Of a stretch of DNA of 64,000 nucleotides, positions 58,807-64,000 are shown piece after piece. The position numbers were made by a program, and so were the translations under genes. The notes under the pieces were generated by a model. The model saw only the letters and a list, made by a program, of their open reading frames with translations. It did not search any database and was not told where the DNA came from. Position 1 is the first letter of the stretch. Every line of letters begins with the position of its first letter. Origin of the DNA: Propioniciclava sp. (GTDB lineage Bacteria; Actinomycetota; Actinomycetes; Propionibacteriales; Propionibacteriaceae); assembly GCA_036803965.1 (NCBI GenBank), contig DAIRTI010000001.1:704-64703 (forward strand), given 5' to 3'.

Positions 58807-60395
58807 TTCGGGCTCCCGTCGGTCTCGTGGGTGCGTGCGTACCAGCTGCGGAAGCTCTCCGTCGGCGGGATCGGCACGTCGCGGGCGTTGGTCCACTTCG
58901 ACAGCGGCCAGGGCAGCGGGCCGATCTTGGCGACGCGTCCGTCGAGCACCCGGCCGCCCAGCGAGCCGGCCTGCGTGGCGGCCGTCCAGAGACGGGGGGA
59001 GGCGAGCACCTTGGCGGCCGCCTTCATGATCGCCGGCTCGGCGTGCGGGTGCAGCAGGGCCTTGGCGCCCTCGGCCTTCGCGGCGGCTTTCTTGCCCTCG
59101 ACGACCTTGTGCCGCATGTGCACCAGCAGGTCGGGCAGCGGGATCCGCACGGGGCAGACGTCGAAGCAGGCCCCGCACAGCGTGGACGCGAACGGCAGCG
59201 AGGCGTCCACCGGCGACGTGACGCCCCGCAGCTGCGGCGTCAGCACCGCACCGATGGGCCCCGGGTAGACCGAGCCGTAGGCGTGGCCGCCGACCTTCTC
59301 GTACACCGGGCAGACGTTGATGCACGCCGAGCAGCGGATGCAGCGCAGCGCCTCGCGTCCCTTGGGGTCGGCGAGCACCTTGGTGCGCCCGTTGTCGACG
59401 AGCACCACGTGCATGGTCTGCGGGCCGTCTCCAGGCGTGGGGCCGGTCCAGAGCGACGTGTAGGGGTTCATCCGTTCGCCGGTCGACGACCGGGGCAGCA
59501 GCTGCAGGAAGACCTCCAGGTCGGCCACGGTCGGCAGCACCTTCTCGATGCCCACCACCGAGATCAGCGTGTCGGCCAGGGTCAGGCACATGCGTCCGTT
59601 GCCCTCAGACTCGACGACCACCAACGTCCCGGTCTCGGCGACCGCGAAGTTCGCGCCGGAAATCGCGACCCGCGCCCGCAGGAACTTCTCGCGCAGGTGG
59701 AGCCGGGCGGCGCCGGCGAGGTGGGCGGGCTCGGTGTCCAAGCCCTCCGGAGCCGGCCGCCCGTAGCGCCCCATCTCCTCGACGAAGATCTCACGCACCT
59801 CGGAGCGGCCCCGGTGGATCGCCGGCACCAGGATGTGACTGGGCCGGTCGTGGCCCAGCTGGACGATCAGCTCGGCGAGGTCGGTCTCCCAGGCGGCGAT
59901 CCCGGCCTCCTCGAGCGCCTCGTTCATGTCGATCTCCTGGGTGGCCATGCTCTTGACCTTGACCACCTCACGGGCGTCGCCCTCGGCGTCCCCCAGAGCC
60001 TCGCTCACGAGCGAGACGATGATGCGGTTGGCCTCCTCGGCGTCCCGGGCCCAGTGGACGACCGTCCCGGCCCGGGTCAGCGACTCCTCCAGCTGGACGA
60101 GGTAGGTGTCGAGGTGGCGCAGCGTCCGGTTCTTGATGGCCTCGCCGGCCAGTCGCAGGTCCTCCCAGTCGTCGAGCTCGGCGGTCACCATCGCCCTCTT
60201 GGCCCGGATCGTCGTCATGGCGTGGTGCAGGTTCTTCCGCTGGACGGGGTTGCCCAGCTCGACGCGCGCCTGCCGCGGGAAGCGCGGGGAGTCGATCAGG
60301 CGCCCGGGCGGCGGCGCCGGCGTCCGCCGCGGTGGGACGCCGATGGTGCGGTCCGCGCCCGCGGCCTGGGAACGGGAGGTGACGGTGTCGCTCAT
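58803..60395 (-). CDS. lutB: Lactate utilisation protein B (Fe-S)
   Basis: 'VKVKSM', 'ETDLAELI', 'CIRCSACINVCPVY', 'TLCGACFDVCPV'. Confidence 0.95.
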   Translation of the reverse strand: MSDTVTSRSQAAGADRTIGVPPRRTPAPPPGRLIDSPRFPRQARVELGNPVQRKNLHHAMTTIRAKRAMVTAELDDWEDLRLAGEAIKNRTLRHLDTYLVQLEESLTRAGTVVHWARDAEEANRIIVSLVSEALGDAEGDAREVVKVKSMATQEIDMNEALEEAGIAAWETDLAELIVQLGHDRPSHILVPAIHRGRSEVREIFVEEMGRYGRPAPEGLDTEPAHLAGAARLHLREKFLRARVAISGANFAVAETGTLVVVESEGNGRMCLTLADTLISVVGIEKVLPTVADLEVFLQLLPRSSTGERMNPYTSLWTGPTPGDGPQTMHVVLVDNGRTKVLADPKGREALRCIRCSACINVCPVYEKVGGHAYGSVYPGPIGAVLTPQLRGVTSPVDASLPFASTLCGACFDVCPVRIPLPDLLVHMRHKVVEGKKAAAKAEGAKALLHPHAEPAIMKAAAKVLASPRLWTAATQAGSLGGRVLDGRVAKIGPLPWPLSKWTNARDVPIPPTESFRSWYARTHETDGSPK

Positions 60396-61183
60396 GAGTC
60401 CTCCTCGGTGGACGCGAGCACCTCGGCCAAGTGGATGGGCAGGATGCCCGAGTTCTCCCGGCGCAGGACGCCGGAGATGTTGAGCAGGCACAGGTTGTCG
60501 CCGGCGACCAGGTACTCGGCGCCGGTGGACGCCACGTTGCGGGCCTTGTCGGCCGCCATGGCGACCGAGACGTCCGGGTTCTTCAGCGAGAACGTGCCGC
60601 CGAAGCCGCAGCAGCGGTCGGCGTCCGGCAGGTCGCGGACTGTGATGCCCTTGACGGCCTGCAGCAGCCGCATCGGACGGTCGCCCACGTGCGCCACGCG
60701 CACCGAATGGCAGGTCGGGTGGTAGGTGACCACGTGCGGGAAGTAGGCACCGACGTCGGTCACGCCGAGGACGTCGACGAGGAACTCGCTGATGTCGAAC
60801 GTGCGCGACACCACCTCGTCCACGTCGCGCCGCAGGCCGGGGTCGGCGGCGTGGTCGGCCAGCAACTGATGCTGGTGCCGGACCGACCCGACGCAGGACC
60901 CGGAGGGCGCCACGACGTACGGGTAGTCACCGAAGGCCTCGACGAAGTTGCGCACGATCGGGACGGTCTCGTCGTAGTAGCCGGTGTTGACCAACGGCTG
61001 GCCGCAGCAGGTCTGCCTGGTGGGGAAGACCACCCGGCAGCCCAGCCGCTCCAGCAGCTTCGTGGTCGCGATCGGTGCCTGCGGGAACATCACGTCGTTG
61101 GCGCAGGTGGCGAACAGCGCCACCGTCAGGCCGGCGCCGGGGGCGTCCGACGACCGGCCGGTGCGCTCGGTGGTGAGGGTCAT
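60392..61183 (-). CDS. lutA: Lactate utilisation protein A (CCG domains)
   Basis: 'FATC', 'QTCCGQ', 'PSGSC', 'YHPTCHS', 'CCGFGGTF'. Confidence 0.95.
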   Translation of the reverse strand: MTLTTERTGRSSDAPGAGLTVALFATCANDVMFPQAPIATTKLLERLGCRVVFPTRQTCCGQPLVNTGYYDETVPIVRNFVEAFGDYPYVVAPSGSCVGSVRHQHQLLADHAADPGLRRDVDEVVSRTFDISEFLVDVLGVTDVGAYFPHVVTYHPTCHSVRVAHVGDRPMRLLQAVKGITVRDLPDADRCCGFGGTFSLKNPDVSVAMAADKARNVASTGAEYLVAGDNLCLLNISGVLRRENSGILPIHLAEVLASTEEDS

Positions 61184-61204
61184 GAGGGGCTCCTTACCCG
61201 GGGA

Positions 61205-62899
61205 TCAGAAGTGCGGCAGCATCCAGGACAGGACCGGCGTCGACTGCAGCCCGACCAGCAGGCACAGCACGAACAGCAGCCCGAGGCTCCAGGGCAGCAC
61301 CTTGCGCAGGATGTCGGACTCGCGTCCGAGCAGCCCCACCGCGGTGGCGGCGATCGTCAGGTTCTGCGGGCTGATCATCTTGCCGACCACGCCTCCGGCG
61401 GTGTTCGCGGCGACGAGCAGCGTCGGGTCGATGCCCGCGGTCTTGCCCGCCGTCTGCTGCAGGGTGGCGAACAGGGCGTTGGCCGAGGTGTCGGATCCGG
61501 TGACCGCCGTGCCGATCCAGCCGAGGATCGGCGAGAAGAACGCGAAGGCCGGCCCGGCGCCCGCGATGAACGTGCCGATCGTGATCGTCTGGCCGGAGAA
61601 GTTCATGACGTACGCCAGCGCCAGGACCGACGCGATCGTCAGGATCGAGAACCGCAGCTTGTGCGCGGTGCCGGCGATCTCGCCCCAGAAGTCCTTCATC
61701 GAGACCTTGTAGACGAGCGCCACGATGAACGCGCAGATCAGCAGCATCGTGCCCGGCGACGACAGCCACTGCCACTGGTAGACGGTCGAGGTGCTGACCT
61801 TGCCGGCGGTCGTCAGCAGCCGGCCGTCGAGCCCCGGCCAGGGCACCTTGACGTCGGTGGACGCCAGCCAATTGCTCACCACCGGGATCAGCTTGGCCAG
61901 CGAGAACACCACGATGACGAGGAGGTACGGGAACAGCGCCATGGCGATCTGGCCGCCGGTGAGTTGCGGTCGATCGGTGGACGCCGTGGCGTCCTTGGGC
62001 AGCGCGTCGCGCTCCTGCTGGGTCATCTTGGCCAGTTCGGTCTCGCGGTCGTGGCGCAGGCGGGCGACCGCCTCGGCGGTGCCCTGCGGCTGCCAGAACC
62101 GCAGCATGATCGCGGCGGCGCCGAGGCCGACCAGCGACGCGATGATGTCGGTCAGCTCGACGGAGATGTAGGTGGCGCTGATCCACTGCGTGACGGCGAA
62201 CGCGAGGCCGGTCACGACCGCGACGGGCCAGCAGTCCCGGACGCCGCGGCGTCCGTCGGCGAGCAGGCAGAGGAACAGCGGGACGACGGCGGCGAGGATC
62301 GGGGTCTGGTGACCGACGTAGGCGCCGATCTGCTGGTACGGGATGCCGGTGAGGCGTCCGGCCGTGATGATCGGGATCGCGATCGCGCCGAACGCGACCG
62401 GCGCGGTGTTGGCCAGCAGCACGACGCAGGCCGCGCGGAGGGCCGAGAAGCCGACGGCCATGATCATGACGCCGGTGATCGCGACGGGGGCGCCGAAGCC
62501 GGCGAGGGCCTCGAGCAGGCCGCCGAAGCAGAACGCGATCAGCATGGCCTGGACTCGCGGGTCGTCGCTGAGCAGGCCGAAGACGTCGCGCAGGTCCTCG
62601 AAGCGTCCGGAGACGACGGTGACCTGGTAGAGGACGATCGCCATGAACACGATCCAGACGATCGGGAAGAGGCCGAAGACGGCACCCTGCGTGGCCGAGA
62701 GCAAGGCCATGTCGGCGGGCATGCCCCAAGCGGCGATGGCGATGACGATCGACACCGCCAGGGTGGTGAGGCCGGCGATGTGCGCCTTCCAGCGCAGGAC
62801 GCCGAGCGTGACGAAGATCGTGATGAGGGGGATGAAGCCGACGAGCGCCGAGAGCCAGAGCGGCCCCAGCGGCGATATGTTCGGCTGGAAGGTATTCAC
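61205..62899 (-). CDS. lctP: L-lactate permease
   Basis: 'FGGLLEALAGFGAP', 'ANTAPVAFG', 'GSDTSANALF', 'GKMISPQNL'. Confidence 0.95.
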   Translation of the reverse strand: MNTFQPNISPLGPLWLSALVGFIPLITIFVTLGVLRWKAHIAGLTTLAVSIVIAIAAWGMPADMALLSATQGAVFGLFPIVWIVFMAIVLYQVTVVSGRFEDLRDVFGLLSDDPRVQAMLIAFCFGGLLEALAGFGAPVAITGVMIMAVGFSALRAACVVLLANTAPVAFGAIAIPIITAGRLTGIPYQQIGAYVGHQTPILAAVVPLFLCLLADGRRGVRDCWPVAVVTGLAFAVTQWISATYISVELTDIIASLVGLGAAAIMLRFWQPQGTAEAVARLRHDRETELAKMTQQERDALPKDATASTDRPQLTGGQIAMALFPYLLVIVVFSLAKLIPVVSNWLASTDVKVPWPGLDGRLLTTAGKVSTSTVYQWQWLSSPGTMLLICAFIVALVYKVSMKDFWGEIAGTAHKLRFSILTIASVLALAYVMNFSGQTITIGTFIAGAGPAFAFFSPILGWIGTAVTGSDTSANALFATLQQTAGKTAGIDPTLLVAANTAGGVVGKMISPQNLTIAATAVGLLGRESDILRKVLPWSLGLLFVLCLLVGLQSTPVLSWMLPHF

Positions 62900-62931
62900 G
62901 ATGAGCGCTCCTCGCTGAGCAGAGGCCGGGT

Positions 62932-62944
62932 ATGGTCTGACCAT
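62932..62944. promoter_or_regulatory. LldR/FadR-type operator
   Basis: ATGGTCTGACCAT palindrome containing TGGTCTGACCA between divergent lctP and the GntR gene. Confidence 0.85.
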
Positions 62945-62996
62945 TCGATGCGAGGAATGTAAGTCGTCCTGGTTGGGGGAGTCAAGAGGTGAAGCT

Positions 62997-63728
62997 ATGA
63001 CCGATCGGCTCGCCGAGGAGTCCGTCGGCCGGGCGTACGAAGAGGTGCTCGCCGCCGTCGAGGAAGGCATCGCGACCGGTCGCCTGCGCGTCGGCGACCG
63101 CCTTCCCGCCGAACGCGACTTCGCTGCTCAGCTCGGCGTCAGCCGCGCCTCGGTGCGCGAGGCCGTCCGCGCACTGGAGGCGATGGGTGTCGTCCGCTCG
63201 GCCGCCGGGCGCGGCCCAGAGGGCGGAACGCTCCTCATCCCGAGCTCGTCGTCGGCACTCACCCGGATGCTGCGGCTGCACATCGGTATGTCCAACTTCC
63301 CCATGCCGGACGCCATCGAGGCCCGCGTCATGCTCGAGCGCTGGAGCGCCCGCCTGGCGGCCCAGTTCGCCACCCCCGGCGAGCTGGACTGCCTCCGCGA
63401 GACTCTGGACGCCATGACCCGCCCGGGCGTCACCCGGGAGCAGTTCAACGCCCTCGACACCCGGTTCCACGTGCAGATCGCCGACGCCGGCCACAACCGC
63501 CTGATCGCCGACATGACGACCGCGATCCGCGACGCCATGGCCTGGTGGATCATGCACGCGTTCGAGGAGCGCGAGGACTGGGACGAGGTCGTCCAGGAAC
63601 TCCACGAGGGCCACGCCGCGATCCTGGACGCGCTCGTCGCCCACCGCCCCCTGCGCGCCGCGGACCGCATCGAGGCGCACATCCGGACCGCCTACGCCGC
63701 CCTCCTGTGGAGCCGCGAGCGCGACTGA
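62997..63728 (+). CDS. lldR: GntR/FadR family regulator (LldR-like)
   Basis: 'GDRLPAER..A.QLGVSRASVREA', FCD 'DTRFHVQIA', 'H.AILDAL'. Confidence 0.88.
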   Translation: MTDRLAEESVGRAYEEVLAAVEEGIATGRLRVGDRLPAERDFAAQLGVSRASVREAVRALEAMGVVRSAAGRGPEGGTLLIPSSSSALTRMLRLHIGMSNFPMPDAIEARVMLERWSARLAAQFATPGELDCLRETLDAMTRPGVTREQFNALDTRFHVQIADAGHNRLIADMTTAIRDAMAWWIMHAFEEREDWDEVVQELHEGHAAILDALVAHRPLRAADRIEAHIRTAYAALLWSRERD

Positions 63729-63745
63729 GGCGTCCTCCTCTGCCC

Positions 63746-63860
63746 CGATCAGTGCAATGAGATTCTCCTGGGGGTGCGATCAGTGCAATGATTTTCCGCA
63801 CAAAACGACGAATATTATTGCACTGATCGCGGGGGGTGGAGAGGCCGGGGACACTGATCG
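63746..63860. repeat. REP/REPIN-like unit between convergent genes
   Basis: CGATCAGTGCAATGA at 63746 and 63777, inverted ATTGCACTGATCG at 63817-63829, partial CACTGATCG at 63852. Confidence 0.8.
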
Positions 63861-63896
63861 TTAGGGGTGGAGGGCCCGTGGGCAGCGATCGGCCCC

Positions 63897-64000
63897 TCAG
63901 GCGCTGAGTTCGGCGAGCACCTCCAGGACGTGCCGGTAGGTGTGCCCGGTGGCCCGCGACATGCCGAGCTCGCAGGTCCGGTTGCTCGACAGGTAGGCGT
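63897..64000 (-). CDS. C-terminus of FAD/Fe-S-linked oxidoreductase (D-lactate dehydrogenase-like), partial
   Basis: 'AYLSSNRTCELGMSRATGHTYRHVLEVLAELSA*'; adjacent to the lactate operon. Confidence 0.75.
   Translation of the reverse strand, partial: AYLSSNRTCELGMSRATGHTYRHVLEVLAELSA

Overview
High-GC actinobacterial chromosomal window; gene content and order (MoxR-DUF58-vWA operon, lutABC-lctP, dcu, Ms1-like RNA) suggest a Propionibacteriaceae-like host (inference). Left part: a truncated DUF222/HNH gene with a PafBC-type promoter, a PEP mutase/isocitrate lyase-family gene, a TetR-GH3-MFS-GH3 glycoside cluster, a translationally coupled pair of short MutS-ATPase proteins, an AraM-like dehydrogenase, tRNA-Asn, an agmatinase-MFS-PucR module and a TetR-ABC exporter. 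Downstream of a tRNA(CAT) lies a ~9.4 kb integrase-less accessory tract with four toxin-antitoxin-type pairs (BrnT-like/HTH, AbiEi/AbiEii, HigBA, Gp49-type RelE/HTH), a HicB remnant and decayed small genes. The right part holds cell-envelope glycosyltransferases, CueP, OsmC, Dcu, three palindromes at an exact 50-bp period next to an Ms1-like ncRNA, the MoxR operon, YggS, an unusual four-gene operon of M16-peptidase-like/PH-like/membrane-anchored paralogues, and the lactate utilisation operon with its LldR-type operator. Best candidates for an undescribed system: the M16-like four-gene operon (51284-58008) and the tandem MutS-like pair (8987-12018). About ten 1-2 nt frameshifts, several in homopolymers, suggest assembly indel errors, so pseudogene calls are provisional. 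All family assignments come from motif recognition by eye; no searches were run.
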